64,000 bases of DNA from Alphaproteobacteria bacterium. GTDB lineage: Bacteria > Pseudomonadota > Alphaproteobacteria > SP197. Position numbers and translations under genes: made by a program. Positions 42,610 to 53,591 of the stretch are shown one piece after another; within the stretch, counting starts at the first letter, position 1; each line of letters starts with the position of its first letter. Under the pieces are notes generated by a model. It worked only from the letters and a program-made list of their open reading frames with translations. It had not been told where the DNA came from and did not search any database. The stretch lies in the NCBI GenBank assembly GCA_965228895.1, contig OZ245842.1:3872001-3936000 (forward strand), in the 5' to 3' direction.

Positions 42610-43853
42610 TAACTGAGCGCGCGCAGACCCTCGCTTACCCGGTCGATCGGGAGTTCGGTCTGCTCCCCGCTGTCGAGGTCGCGCAGCGTCGCAACGCCGC
42701 GGGCAAGTTCGTCGTCACCCATGATGACGGCAGCCCGCGCGTTGACTTTGTTGGCCCGCTGCATCTGTTTTTTCAGATTGCCGCGATAAGCCAACTCGAT
42801 GATCAGGCCCTGCCGGCGCAGGTCATGCGCCAGTTTTTGGGCAGAGGCGCCGGCGGTCTCGCCAACCGGCAGAATGGCATAAGGCCTCGGCAGCGCCGGC
42901 GGGTCGCCCGCCATCATGGCCAGACGTTCGATACCGCCGGCCCAACCGACACCCGGCGTGGCCGGACCACTCATTTGTTCCATCAACCCGTCGTAGCGCC
43001 CGCCGCCGATGACCGTGCCCTGGGCGCCCAGGTCCGCGGTCACGAACTCGAACGCCGTGTGGCAGTAGTAGTCGAGCCCGCGCACGATCTTCGGGTTGAG
43101 TTGATAGGCGATGCCGAGCGCGTCCAGTCCCGTCTTGACCGTATCGAAGAAGTCGGCGGCCCCCGGCGTCAGGTGATCGAAGATGACGGGCGCATCGGCA
43201 ACGATCCGCTTGTCGCCCTCATCCTTTGAGTCCAGCACACGCATGGGGTTGCGTTCCAAACGGTCGCGGCTGTCGTCGCTCAGGTCATCGCGATGGTCGT
43301 TTAGGAAATCGACCAGCGCCTCGCGGTACGCGGTACGGCTTGCCGCATCGCCCAGCGTGTTCAGCTCCAGGCGGGTCCGGTCGAGCACGTTCAGCATTTC
43401 CAAAACATCGGCGGCCATGGCGATCGCCTCTATATCACCGGTTGGCTCGGCAACCCCGAACAGCTCGACGCCGATCTGGTGGAACTGGCGCTGGCGACCC
43501 TTCTGCGGACGCTCGTATCGGAACATCGGCCCGGCATACCAAAGCTTCAGCGGCATCTGCTGCAAGAGGCCGTTGCTCAACACCGCGCGCGCGACCGATG
43601 CGGTGTTCTCGGGCCTGAGCGTGACGGTGTCGCCGCCGCGATCCTCGAACGTATACATCTCCTTGGTCACGACATCGCTGGTGTCGCCCAGGCTGCGCGA
43701 GAAGACGCCGGTGAACTCGAAGACCGGCGTACGGATTTCGCCATAGCCGTAGCGTTCCGCGACGGCGGCACAGGCATCGATGACACGATCCTGGCGCCGG
43801 CAGTCCTCTGGCAAGAGGTCGTGGGTGCCACGCACGGGCTGGAGTTTGGCCAC
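42609..43853 (-). CDS. hisS: Histidyl-tRNA synthetase
   Basis: [35 protein letters not shown]. Confidence 0.98.
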   Translation of the reverse strand: MAKLQPVRGTHDLLPEDCRRQDRVIDACAAVAERYGYGEIRTPVFEFTGVFSRSLGDTSDVVTKEMYTFEDRGGDTVTLRPENTASVARAVLSNGLLQQMPLKLWYAGPMFRYERPQKGRQRQFHQIGVELFGVAEPTGDIEAIAMAADVLEMLNVLDRTRLELNTLGDAASRTAYREALVDFLNDHRDDLSDDSRDRLERNPMRVLDSKDEGDKRIVADAPVIFDHLTPGAADFFDTVKTGLDALGIAYQLNPKIVRGLDYYCHTAFEFVTADLGAQGTVIGGGRYDGLMEQMSGPATPGVGWAGGIERLAMMAGDPPALPRPYAILPVGETAGASAQKLAHDLRRQGLIIELAYRGNLKKQMQRANKVNARAAVIMGDDELARGVATLRDLDSGEQTELPIDRVSEGLRALS

Positions 43854-43882
43854 GGCAGATACGTCCGTTTCTTTAGGTTCGG

Positions 43883-45001
43883 CTATTCTGCGGCGTCTGC
43901 TTGCTCGCCGGCGCTCAGGGCTTCGGCCCTGCGTTCGACGAGCTCGACGATGTGCTCGACCATATCGCCGCTCGACACCTTGTGATCGGGGCTGCCCGCC
44001 ATATAGACCAGATGGTTACCCTTGCCGCCGCCTGTCAGGCCGATATCGGTCAGCATGGCCTCACCCGGTCCGTTGACGACGCAGCCGATGATCGAGACGG
44101 TCATCGGCACCTCGACATGGGCCAGGCGCTTCTCCAGCGCGGCGACCGTCTCGGTGACGTTGAACTGTTGGCGCGCGCAGGACGGGCACGCAATGATGTT
44201 AACGCCGCGCTGACGCAGGTTGAGCGCCTTCAGAAGCTCCCAGCCGACCTTCACCTCTTCGACCGGATCGGTCGCCAGGGAAACGCGGATGGTGTCGCCG
44301 ATGCCTTCCCAAAGCAGCATGCCGAGGCCGATTGACGACTTGACGGTACCGCCGATCAGACCGCCGGCTTCGGTAATGCCCAGGTGCAGCGGATAGTCGC
44401 AGGCTGCCGCCAGCTTGCGGTAGGCGCCTACGGCCAGCGGCACGTTCGACGCCTTGACCGAAATCTTGAAGTCCAGGAAGTCGTGGTCTTCCAGGATCTT
44501 CGCGTGATCCATGGCACTTTCGACCATGGCGTCCGGCGTTGGTCCGCCATACTTCTCCAACAGGTGCTTTTCCAAAGAGCCGGCGTTGACGCCGATACGC
44601 ATGGAACAGCCGTGATCCTTGGCCGCCTGCACGACCTCGCGCACGCGGTCGCTGGAGCCGATGTTGCCGGGATTGATGCGCAGGCACGCCGCACCGGCTT
44701 CCGCCGCTTCGATACCGCGGCGATAGTGGAAATGGATGTCGGCGACCAGTGGTACCGGCGCCTCGTAGACCAGCGATTTAAACGCCTTGGTCGACGCTTC
44801 GTCCGGGCACGACACGCGCACGATGTCGGCGCCGGCGATCGCCAGCGCGCTGATCTGTTCGGCCGTCGCATGCACGTCGCTGGTCAGGGTGTTGGTCATC
44901 GACTGCACCGTGATCGGTGCATCGCCACCCACTTCGACGCTGCCGACACGAATTTTGCGGCTTTTGCGCCGTGCCGGCCTGTCGGTGTCTTGATTTTGCA
45001 T
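43883..45001 (-). CDS. ispG: 4-hydroxy-3-methylbut-2-en-1-yl diphosphate synthase
   Basis: [38 protein letters not shown]. Confidence 0.97.
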   Translation of the reverse strand: MQNQDTDRPARRKSRKIRVGSVEVGGDAPITVQSMTNTLTSDVHATAEQISALAIAGADIVRVSCPDEASTKAFKSLVYEAPVPLVADIHFHYRRGIEAAEAGAACLRINPGNIGSSDRVREVVQAAKDHGCSMRIGVNAGSLEKHLLEKYGGPTPDAMVESAMDHAKILEDHDFLDFKISVKASNVPLAVGAYRKLAAACDYPLHLGITEAGGLIGGTVKSSIGLGMLLWEGIGDTIRVSLATDPVEEVKVGWELLKALNLRQRGVNIIACPSCARQQFNVTETVAALEKRLAHVEVPMTVSIIGCVVNGPGEAMLTDIGLTGGGKGNHLVYMAGSPDHKVSSGDMVEHIVELVERRAEALSAGEQADAAE

Positions 45002-45082
45002 GGTTTTCGGCCAGTCGCTCTGTCCGGGCCGCCCTGATAGCCCAGCGCCCGAGACCCGTAAAGTCAAACCGGTTGAGGCGCC

Positions 45083-46300
45083 CTATCGCGCTAGCAGGCT
45101 GTCAGGCTCCAGAAGGACGTCCTTGATGACCTCGCCCTGCTCGCCGAGCGGCCCGATCAACTCGCCGTCGACCCGCACTTCCAGGCCGCCCGCGTTACCG
45201 GTTTTCAGCAAGATGTCGCCGCTGTTGGGCACGCGATAACTATCGCCGGGCGACAACACGCGGGTCAGCAGAACCTGGTTGCCCGGGGCCTCGATCTGGA
45301 CCCAACTGGTTTCGACGGCGCGCAACTCGACACGAGAGTCCGTGTTCGTGCGCCCATAGACCCGGGGAACGTAGTCGTCGTCGCCCGTCACGGCCGCGGT
45401 TTCGGCCAGCCCGGCGCCATCCTCGACCGTCGCGATGACATCCGTCTCAGAGTCGGTCGGCGGCAACGTATCGGCTTCGGTCTCGATGGCGTCAATCGCA
45501 ACAGTTTCGGTTGACTCCGTCGGCTCGGGCTCGATCAGGGCCACCTGTTCTGAGCCGACGGCGCTGCCGGCGTTCTGCTCCGACGCACTTGCCACGTTCT
45601 CACGCGCGATCGCGACATCGCCGACCTCGGCGCCGGCCGACAAACCATCGTCGGCCACCGCATCGTCGGGCGCGCCATCGGCAAACAGGGTTTCGATGTC
45701 GTCGCTACCGACGCCAGTATCCTCGCCACCGGCCACGTCGGCGGTCGCCGCGTCGTCACTGCCCGCAACAGCCAGGGCGACGCCGTCATCGCTGGATGTC
45801 TCGGCCAGGAAGTCGGGCACGGGCGGTACGTGTTCCAGGTCGACAAGATCGCGCTCGCCGACCACGTACCACGCCGCAAGCGCCACGACGGTGACCAGCA
45901 TCGCAATAGCGATCATGCGTCCGGTCGGGCGACGCGTCTCGCTCGCGGGCACGGGAAAATAGAGGTTCTGGCGCGCCAGCACGCCGCCTGACTCGTCTTT
46001 GTACAGGCGGACCAGTTCTTCGCCATCCAGGCCCAGGTGCTTGCCATAGGTGCGCACAAAGCCGGCGACATAGGTCGGTCCCGGCAAATCGTCGAAACGG
46101 GCATCTTCGAGTGCTTGAAGGTAATCGAGGCGGATATGCAGCACTGCTGCGACATCTTCGAGCTCGAGACCTTTGGAGAGACGCGCCGATACCAGCTGGT
46201 CGGCAATGCGGCGCGGCGCCGTCTCCGCGTTCACGTCACGAAACGGCGTGACGTTGCTGTCGTCAGCCGTCGGATCGGCCCGTTCCGGTGTCTGTGTCAT
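45083..46300 (-). CDS. rodZ: RodZ-like cytoskeleton protein (HTH-TM-DUF4115)
   Basis: LQALE...YVAGFVRTYGKHLGLD; single TM; acidic linker; GNAGGL C-terminus; upstream of ispG. Confidence 0.88.
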   Translation of the reverse strand: MTQTPERADPTADDSNVTPFRDVNAETAPRRIADQLVSARLSKGLELEDVAAVLHIRLDYLQALEDARFDDLPGPTYVAGFVRTYGKHLGLDGEELVRLYKDESGGVLARQNLYFPVPASETRRPTGRMIAIAMLVTVVALAAWYVVGERDLVDLEHVPPVPDFLAETSSDDGVALAVAGSDDAATADVAGGEDTGVGSDDIETLFADGAPDDAVADDGLSAGAEVGDVAIARENVASASEQNAGSAVGSEQVALIEPEPTESTETVAIDAIETEADTLPPTDSETDVIATVEDGAGLAETAAVTGDDDYVPRVYGRTNTDSRVELRAVETSWVQIEAPGNQVLLTRVLSPGDSYRVPNSGDILLKTGNAGGLEVRVDGELIGPLGEQGEVIKDVLLEPDSLLAR

Positions 46301-46399
46301 GGCGCTGTCAAAACCCGACCGCAGGGCCCCTCGTCCCTGGAGATACGGTATCCAACCCTAGCATTGGCGCCAAATTGCGGCAAATCGTGAGGCGTCGAC

Positions 46400-47425
46400 T
46401 CAGGTTTCAAGCGCGGAGGCCGCCTGATTGACCAGTTCGGCCAGGATCTCGGCGGTCGGCTGTTCGGCCGTCACCAAACCAACGCTTTGACCGGCCATCA
46501 GCGAACCGGACTCGACATCGCCGTCGATCACGGCGCGGCGCAACGCCCCGGCCCAGAAATGCTCGATCTCGAGCTGGGCTGCCTTCTGGTCCAGTTCACC
46601 GCCGTCGAAGCGCTCGATGACCTCGCGCTGCTTGTCGAGAAACTCCTTCGTCGCCGCGTTGGTCAGCGCGCGCACCGGAATAACCGGAAAGCGCGGGTCA
46701 AGCTGAACCGACGGCTGGGCGTCGCGCGCGGCGGCACGGATAAAGCTGCGTTTGAAATCGCCGTGGGCGATTGACTCGGTGGCGCAGACGAACCGCGTGC
46801 CCAGCTGCACACCGACGGCGCCCATGGTGAGGTACGTGGCAATCGCCTCGCCCCGGCCGATGCCGCCGGCAACAAACACGGGCACGTCCTCGATATGCGG
46901 CAGAATCTCCTGGGCCAGCACGCCGGTGGCGACCGGACCGATATGGCCGCCGGCCTCCATGCCCTCAATGACGATCCCATCAATGCCGTCGCGGACCAGC
47001 TTGCGCGCGATGGCCAACGCCGGTGCGAAGCCAATCACCTTGGCACCGCGCGCCTTAACACGGGCGATGGTGTTCGATGACGGCAAACCACCGGCAAGCA
47101 CGATGTGGCTGACAGTGTGATCACCACAAACGTCGATCAGCGCGTCGAGATCGGGATGCATGGTGATGAGATTGACGCCGAAGGGTGCTCCCGTCAGGGC
47201 GCGTGTCGCCTCGATCTCAGCAGCCAGCAGATCCGGTGTCATGGCGCCGCAGGCGATTACGCCGAACCCACCGCCATTGGAAATTGCCGCCACCAGATTC
47301 CGCTCGGAAACCCAGGTCATGGCGCCGCCCATGATCGCGTGATCGACGCCCAGAAGATCGCGGCCGCGGGCCCAAAGCTGGTCGAGCCGAGCGCGACCTG
47401 GTGACGCTTTCAACAACCGGTTCAA
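46400..47425 (-). CDS. Nitronate monooxygenase / FabK-like flavin oxidoreductase
   Basis: GGAMTWVS, EGMEAGGH, AGGIG, QLGTRF, MAGQSVG. Confidence 0.9.
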   Translation of the reverse strand: MNRLLKASPGRARLDQLWARGRDLLGVDHAIMGGAMTWVSERNLVAAISNGGGFGVIACGAMTPDLLAAEIEATRALTGAPFGVNLITMHPDLDALIDVCGDHTVSHIVLAGGLPSSNTIARVKARGAKVIGFAPALAIARKLVRDGIDGIVIEGMEAGGHIGPVATGVLAQEILPHIEDVPVFVAGGIGRGEAIATYLTMGAVGVQLGTRFVCATESIAHGDFKRSFIRAAARDAQPSVQLDPRFPVIPVRALTNAATKEFLDKQREVIERFDGGELDQKAAQLEIEHFWAGALRRAVIDGDVESGSLMAGQSVGLVTAEQPTAEILAELVNQAASALET

Positions 47426-48642
47426 TCCACGTCCAGGCCGTAGGCCGTGTGAAGCGCGCGCAGCGCCAGCTCCAGGTAATCCTCGGAAATCAAAACACTG
47501 ATTTTGATTTCCGATGTCGAGATCAGTTGAATGTTGATGCCACGCCCGGCGAGCGCATCAAACATGGTGCGCGCGACACCGGCGTGACTGCGCATGCCGA
47601 CGCCGATCACAGAGACCTTCACCACGTTGGCATCCGGCGCGAAACGCTGCGCGCCCAGCTTGTCGTTATCTTTTTCGAGCAGATCGAGGGTGCGGTCCAA
47701 ATCGGACTTGGCGACGGTGAATGTCAGATCGGTGCGGTCGCCGTCCTCGGAGATGTTCTGGACGATCATGTCGACGTTGATGTTAGCGTCGGCTAAGGGC
47801 CCGAACAGGCTGGCAGCGACGCCGGGCCTATCCGGCAGGCCGATGATGGTGATTTTAGCGTCATCGCGGCTATAGGCGATGCCACTGACAACTTGTTGCT
47901 CCACGATTTCGTCCTCGTCGACGACAAGCGTGCCCGGCGTGTCGGTGAAGGTTGAGAGAACTTGCAACCGCACATGATGGTTCATGGCGGTAGCGACAGA
48001 CCGCGTGTGCAAGACCTTGGCGCCCTGGGACGCCAGTTCCAGCATTTCCTCATAGGTGATCTTATCGAGCTTGCGCGCCTTGGCAACGATCCGGGGATCG
48101 CACGTAAAGACGCCCTCGACATCGGTGAAGATGTCGCAGCGCTCTGCGCCCAGTGCGGCGGCCAGCGCCACGGCGCTCAAATCCGACCCGCCGCGGCCCA
48201 AGGTCGTCACGCGCCCGACGTCGCCGAGGCCTTGAAAACCGGTCACCACGGCGACTTGGCCGTTCGCCAGCCGCTCCTTCAACACACCTGTCTCGATGCG
48301 TTGGATACGGGCGGCGCCATAGACGTCGTCGGTCTGGACCGGAATCTGCCACCCCGTCCACGACCGGGCATCAATACCAAGCTGCTGCAGCGCAATCGCC
48401 ATCAGGCCGGCTGTGACCTGCTCGCCGCTGGAGACGACGGCATCGTATTCGCGCGCGTCGTGAACCGGCGCCATGGTGCGCACCAACTCGACCAGGCGGT
48501 TGGTCTCGCCGCCCATAGCCGACACAACGACCGCGACCTGGTCGCCCCGGTCGACGGCTTCTTTGACGCGTGTCGCGGCGTGGCGGATGCGATCGATACC
48601 GCCAACCGACGTCCCGCCGAATTTCTGAACGATGACGGCCAT
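47422..48642 (-). CDS. lysC: Aspartate kinase
   Basis: VQKFGGTSV, TLGRGGSD, two ACT domains, STSEIKIS. Confidence 0.97.
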   Translation of the reverse strand: MAVIVQKFGGTSVGGIDRIRHAATRVKEAVDRGDQVAVVVSAMGGETNRLVELVRTMAPVHDAREYDAVVSSGEQVTAGLMAIALQQLGIDARSWTGWQIPVQTDDVYGAARIQRIETGVLKERLANGQVAVVTGFQGLGDVGRVTTLGRGGSDLSAVALAAALGAERCDIFTDVEGVFTCDPRIVAKARKLDKITYEEMLELASQGAKVLHTRSVATAMNHHVRLQVLSTFTDTPGTLVVDEDEIVEQQVVSGIAYSRDDAKITIIGLPDRPGVAASLFGPLADANINVDMIVQNISEDGDRTDLTFTVAKSDLDRTLDLLEKDNDKLGAQRFAPDANVVKVSVIGVGMRSHAGVARTMFDALAGRGINIQLISTSEIKISVLISEDYLELALRALHTAYGLDVD

Positions 48643-48669
48643 GTCAGGTCTGTTTCATGGATCGGTTGC

Positions 48670-48808
48670 CAGAGCGGATCGTGGTTAGGTGGAACCGGGT
48701 ACCCGGTTCCACCTAACCACGTGAATCCGCTCTCCATCTATTGATAGAGCAGATTCACCCGTCTTGATGGAATCGCAAAGTGATTCCATCAAGACGGGAT
48801 CTGCTCTA
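48670..48808. repeat. Bipartite palindromic repeat, copy 3, in lysC/ubiG divergent promoter region
   Basis: AGAGCGGATC...GAATCCGCTCTC plus TAGAGCAGATTC...GATCTGCTCTA. Confidence 0.9.
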
Positions 48809-48859
48809 AGGCCGGAAATAGCGCTTCCCGGCCGGAAAGCGGCCCTACATACTCTCGCG

Positions 48860-49645
48860 ATGATAGCGAAGCAAGCCGTCGCCCCCGCACCCGGCAAACG
48901 GCCATCAACGGTCGATCCGAACGAAGTCGACCAGTTTGACGCCCTGGCCGACCGCTGGTGGGACCCGACGGGACCCTTCCGGCCCCTGCACCGACTGACG
49001 CCGGCCCGCCTTACCTATGTTCGTGACCGCATTGCCACACATTTTGGTCTGGAAACTGGCCGAAATGAGCCATTTTCCGGGCTGCGTGGCGTCGATATCG
49101 GCTGCGGCGGCGGCCTGGCCAGCGAACCCCTTACCCGTCTGGGCATGGCGATGACCGGTGTCGACGCCGGCGCGAACAACATCGGCGCCGCCCAGGCACA
49201 CGCCAAAGGCCAAGGCTTGGTCATCGATTATCGCTGCACAACGGCCGAGGACGTTGCCGCAAACGGAGAACGGTTCGACGTCGTTCTGGCCCTTGAAATC
49301 ATAGAACACGTGGCCGATCGGGGCGCTTTTGTCCGGGCTTGTTGCGAACTGGCAACACCTGGCGGCCTGATCATCCTGTCGACGCTCAACCGCACGGCGA
49401 AAGCCTTTGGCCTGGCTATCGTGGGCGCGGAGTATGTTTTGCGCTGGCTGCCGCGTGGCAGTCACGATTGGCGCAAGTTTGTTCGGCCATCGGAACTAGC
49501 CCGCGATCTGCGCACGGCCGGCGCCAAACCGACCGACACAAAAGGCCTCGTCTTCGATATTGTCGCCAACGAATGGCGGCTTGCCGGCGATCTCGACGTC
49601 AACTATTTCATGACCGCCGTTTTGGATGCCCATAATGGAAGCTGA
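48860..49645 (+). CDS. ubiG: Ubiquinone biosynthesis O-methyltransferase
   Basis: WWDPTGPFRPLH, DIGCGGGL, EIIEHV, STLNRT, LPRGSHDW; start trimmed to ATG 48860. Confidence 0.95.
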   Translation: MIAKQAVAPAPGKRPSTVDPNEVDQFDALADRWWDPTGPFRPLHRLTPARLTYVRDRIATHFGLETGRNEPFSGLRGVDIGCGGGLASEPLTRLGMAMTGVDAGANNIGAAQAHAKGQGLVIDYRCTTAEDVAANGERFDVVLALEIIEHVADRGAFVRACCELATPGGLIILSTLNRTAKAFGLAIVGAEYVLRWLPRGSHDWRKFVRPSELARDLRTAGAKPTDTKGLVFDIVANEWRLAGDLDVNYFMTAVLDAHNGS

Positions 49646-49775
49646 TACACGCAGATTGGCGTAACCGGGCCGAATATGTGACGATAGGCGGTTCTTGGGA
49701 CGTAGCAATTGTTGACGAGCCAGGGTGGTTCACCGATCGCGGGGCAAACGACAATCGGGGCATCTCGAGCAGGTC

Positions 49776-51983
49776 ATGGCCGTGGCGACAGTAGAGCAGG
49801 CTGATCTAAGGCGCAGGCGCGAACGGCGCACGATCTGCGCCATTGTCGCCATTTGGGGCTTGGCAATGGTGCTCATGCTGGGTGCCGTTGCCTGGCTCGA
49901 CGAACGCGCGGTGCGGCGCGAAGAAGCGACCTTTAATCACCAGCAATTCCTGGTGACGCAGATCGCCGCGCGCGCCATCCACGATCAGATCCAGAACATG
50001 GTGATCCGTCATGGCAACCTGCTCAGCCTGCAGGTCGCGACCTTGATGTCGAGCTCGACGGTGACGCCCGAGGCGCTCGCCCGTTTCATGGACGCCAATC
50101 GCAACTCGACGGAACTGTCTCTGCTCTTGTTTAACAGCTCAGGACAGCTACGCGCGGAATCCTCAACCAACATGCTGGCCGATCAGGACGTTCTGACCAG
50201 CCTGGGCATCTGGGCCCAGGAAGCGTGGGAAGCGCCGGCGCCCCAAGGCGATACACCGCCCGATGCCGCAATCTTCGCCGACATGCGACAGCGCTCGCTC
50301 GCCATTCGCTATCCGCTGCTCGACGGCACCAGCGTGGTTGGCGTGCTGGTCGTTGTCTTCGACCTGGACAATCTGATCGAGCGCTTTGTGACACCGCTGG
50401 AAGAAGGCCGCTTCGGCGCCAGCATCGTGCTCGCGAGCGATGGGTCGGTGGTCTACGACAAGGTAACCGAGAACATCGGGCGCAATGTCTTCGACGGCCT
50501 GCACGAAGGTTTCCCTGAACTGCTCAGGCTCGACGAAAAGCTTCTGTCGCAGTCGTCGGGCATGGACGAATACGACTTGCGCGGTCAGCCCGGCGGACAG
50601 GCCAAACGCATGCTGGTCGCCTGGAACAGCGTCGACCTAGGCGACGCCAGCATCGTCATCGCGCTTTCCTCACCCGACGCCCAGATTGCCGAGGCCCTGT
50701 CGGAACTGCGTCTGCAATACGTGCTGGCAGGTATCATCGTCGCGGTCGCCATGGTGATGCTCGGCGTCCTGGTACTGCGTTTGCGTCACACCGACTTGCG
50801 CGTCGCCGCCGACGAGTTGCAGCGTCAGGTCGACGTGAGAACCGGCGAACTGGAAGCCAGCGAGACCAAGTATCGGGCGCTGGTCGAAGCCTCGACCCAG
50901 GGCATCACCATCCGTCGCGATGGCAAATTTCTGTTTTCAAATCAAGCGTTTGCCGATATTCACGGCTATCAGAAACCCAGCGATGTCATGGCGCTTGAGT
51001 CCATCGACGATACGGTCGCGGAGGACGATCGCGACAAGCTGCACGAACTGCAGCGACGGTTCGTCCTGACTCATGAGACCGGTGCTTACGAATACCAGGG
51101 CCTGCGCAAGGATGGCAGCACGGTCTGGCTCGAAGCGCGCAACAGCACGGTGCCGTGGGAAGGCGAGGATGCCATGCAGTGCATCGTCGCCGACATCACC
51201 GAGCGCAAGCGCGCCGAGCAGGAGCTGATCTCCGCCAACGTCAATCTGGAGCAGGCCAACCAGGCGAAATCGGATTTCCTGTCGCGCATGAGCCATGAGT
51301 TGAGAACGCCGCTCAACGCCATCATCGGTTTTTCCGAGACCATGTTAAGCGAGGTCTTCGGACCGATCGGCTCCGACCGTTACCGCGACTATGTCAACGA
51401 CATCCACTACAGCGGCACGCACCTTCTGACCCTGATCAACGACGTCTTGGACGTCGCGCGCATCGAGCAGGGCGAGCTCAGGCTAAACGACGATATCGTC
51501 GACATCAGCGACATCGTGCGCACGTCGATCCGCCTGATGGAACCGATCGCAGCACGCGAGAGCATCGGGCTTGAAGTCGATATCGATGATGACCTGCCGA
51601 CCCTGCACGGCGATCGTCGCGCAGTCCGCCAGATCGTTTTCAACCTGTTGTCCAACGCGGTGAAGTTCACCGATAGTGGCGGCACCGTCACCGCCCATGT
51701 CTACCAGGCCCCGGGCGGCGAGATCACCGTGGTGGTTGAAGACACCGGCATCGGCATCCCGGCGACCGCACTCGCCAACATCACCGAGCCCTTTGTCCAG
51801 GCCGCCACTGGTGAGCGCCAATACCAGGGTTCCGGCCTTGGCCTGACCATCGTCAAGGCGCTGATCGAGATGCATGGCGGCACCTTGACGATAGACAGCC
51901 AGGAAGGCGAAGGCACCACAGTGACCGCCATCTTCCCCGCCGAGCGCGTCACCATGCCGGCAAGGAAATTGACCGCGACCTGA
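49776..51983 (+). CDS. Membrane sensor histidine kinase (Cache-like, PAS, HisKA, HATPase; PleC/DivJ-like H-box)
   Basis: 2 TM, PAS (RKDG...DITERK), MSHELRTPLNAIIGFS, NLLSNAVKFT, DTGIGI, GSGLGL. Confidence 0.93.
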   Translation: MAVATVEQADLRRRRERRTICAIVAIWGLAMVLMLGAVAWLDERAVRREEATFNHQQFLVTQIAARAIHDQIQNMVIRHGNLLSLQVATLMSSSTVTPEALARFMDANRNSTELSLLLFNSSGQLRAESSTNMLADQDVLTSLGIWAQEAWEAPAPQGDTPPDAAIFADMRQRSLAIRYPLLDGTSVVGVLVVVFDLDNLIERFVTPLEEGRFGASIVLASDGSVVYDKVTENIGRNVFDGLHEGFPELLRLDEKLLSQSSGMDEYDLRGQPGGQAKRMLVAWNSVDLGDASIVIALSSPDAQIAEALSELRLQYVLAGIIVAVAMVMLGVLVLRLRHTDLRVAADELQRQVDVRTGELEASETKYRALVEASTQGITIRRDGKFLFSNQAFADIHGYQKPSDVMALESIDDTVAEDDRDKLHELQRRFVLTHETGAYEYQGLRKDGSTVWLEARNSTVPWEGEDAMQCIVADITERKRAEQELISANVNLEQANQAKSDFLSRMSHELRTPLNAIIGFSETMLSEVFGPIGSDRYRDYVNDIHYSGTHLLTLINDVLDVARIEQGELRLNDDIVDISDIVRTSIRLMEPIAARESIGLEVDIDDDLPTLHGDRRAVRQIVFNLLSNAVKFTDSGGTVTAHVYQAPGGEITVVVEDTGIGIPATALANITEPFVQAATGERQYQGSGLGLTIVKALIEMHGGTLTIDSQEGEGTTVTAIFPAERVTMPARKLTAT

Positions 51984-52051
51984 TCGCCGTCCCATAAGGG
52001 CGCACGATTCCTCCCATCAGGGACAAGGCGACAAACCAGGCGGGGTAGACC

Positions 52052-53572
52052 ATGGACAAAATTGCAATCTTCGATCAGTTGGGCCTGAACGATCAGGACC
52101 TGCAGAACGACTACATGGCGGGCGGCGACCACGCGGTCACCAGCCCGATAGACGGCGCCGAACTGGCCCGCGTCAAGATGACATCACCGGATGATGTCGA
52201 CCGCATGGTCGCGCGGTCCGTCGAGGTTCAGCGCGCTTGGCGCAAGCTGACGCCGCCCCAGCGCGGCGAGGTGATCCGCCGCTTCGGCGACGAACTGCGC
52301 GCCCACAAGGATGCGCTTGGCGGCCTGGTCACGCTGGAAACCGGCAAGATCGTTGAAGAAGGCAAGGGCGAAGTGCAGGAGATGATCGACATCTGCGACT
52401 TCGCGCTTGGCCTGTCGCGCCAGCTCTATGGTCTCACCATCGCGTCGGAACGGCCCGGCCATCGCATGATGGAGACGTGGCACCCCCTGGGCGTTATCGG
52501 CTGTATCACCGCCTTCAACTTTCCCGTCGCCGTGTGGTCGTGGAACTTCTGCATCGCGGCGGTCTGCGGCAACACCATGGTGTGGAAGCCGTCGGAAAAG
52601 ACCCCGCTGACGGCGATCGCCTGCAAGCGCCTGTTGGGGCGTGCCGCCGATGCGTGTGACTTCGATGTGCCGTCGGACCTCGTCCAGATCGTCGTCGGCG
52701 CCCAGGAGGCCGGCGAACGTATGGTCGATAACCGCGACGTCGCGCTGGTCAGCGCCACCGGCAGCACGCGCATGGGATACGAGGTCGCGCCCCGCGTCGC
52801 CGGGCGCATGGGCCGTTACCTGCTGGAGCTGGGCGGCAACAACGCGGCCATCGTCGCGCCGACCGCCGATATCGATCTGACAGTACGCGGCATCGTGTTC
52901 TCGGCTGTCGGCACGGCAGGCCAGCGCTGCACCACACTGCGCCGTGTTATCGCCCACGACACCATCTATGACGCGCTGCTGACCCGTCTCAAGGCGGCCT
53001 ATGACAGCGTGCCCATCGGCAACCCCCTGGATGGCGGCAGCTTGGTCGGACCCATCATCGATGGGCGTTCGTTTCAGTCGATGCAGGCCGCGCTATCGCG
53101 CGCGATCGACGAAGGCGGGCGGATTCACGGCGGCGAGCGCGTGTTGGAGACCGAGTATCCCGGTGCCTATTACGTCAAGCCGGCGATCGCGGAGATGCCG
53201 TCGCAGACCGGCGTGGTCACCGAAGAGACCTTTGCGCCGATCCTATACACCATGCGCTACAGCGATTTCGCCGACGCCATCGCCATGCAGAACGACGTGC
53301 CCCAGGGCCTGTCATCCTGCGTCTTCACCAACGACCTTCGCGAAGCCGAAACCTTTGTCTCCGACGAAGGCAGTGATTGCGGCCTGGCCAATGTCAATAT
53401 CGGCCCGTCCGGTGCGGAAATCGGCGGCGCGTTCGGCGGCGAAAAGGATACCGGCGGCGGGCGCGAGTCCGGCTCCGATGCCTGGCGCGCCTACATGCGG
53501 CGCGCCACCAACACGGTCAACTTCTCGACGGAACTGCCGCTTGCCCAGGGTATCAGTTTCGATGTCGGCTGA
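52052..53572 (+). CDS. ALDH7/AmaB-like aldehyde dehydrogenase (piperideine-6-carboxylate dehydrogenase type)
   Basis: GEVQEMIDICDFALGLSRQLYG, LELGGNN, GQRCT, GGEKDTGGGRESGSDAW. Confidence 0.9.
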   Translation: MDKIAIFDQLGLNDQDLQNDYMAGGDHAVTSPIDGAELARVKMTSPDDVDRMVARSVEVQRAWRKLTPPQRGEVIRRFGDELRAHKDALGGLVTLETGKIVEEGKGEVQEMIDICDFALGLSRQLYGLTIASERPGHRMMETWHPLGVIGCITAFNFPVAVWSWNFCIAAVCGNTMVWKPSEKTPLTAIACKRLLGRAADACDFDVPSDLVQIVVGAQEAGERMVDNRDVALVSATGSTRMGYEVAPRVAGRMGRYLLELGGNNAAIVAPTADIDLTVRGIVFSAVGTAGQRCTTLRRVIAHDTIYDALLTRLKAAYDSVPIGNPLDGGSLVGPIIDGRSFQSMQAALSRAIDEGGRIHGGERVLETEYPGAYYVKPAIAEMPSQTGVVTEETFAPILYTMRYSDFADAIAMQNDVPQGLSSCVFTNDLREAETFVSDEGSDCGLANVNIGPSGAEIGGAFGGEKDTGGGRESGSDAWRAYMRRATNTVNFSTELPLAQGISFDVG

Positions 53573-53591
53573 GCCGGGCGGCGGTTAGCCG

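Noticed and set aside
45400-45800. Acidic low-complexity stretch in RodZ
   Set aside because: Normal disordered periplasmic linker of RodZ; no nucleotide-level tandem repeat
48764-48859. N-terminal extension of UbiG encoded by the repeat (RPE-like in-frame insertion)
   Set aside because: The frame is open, but there is no RBS and the homologous region begins after ATG 48860; translation is not supported
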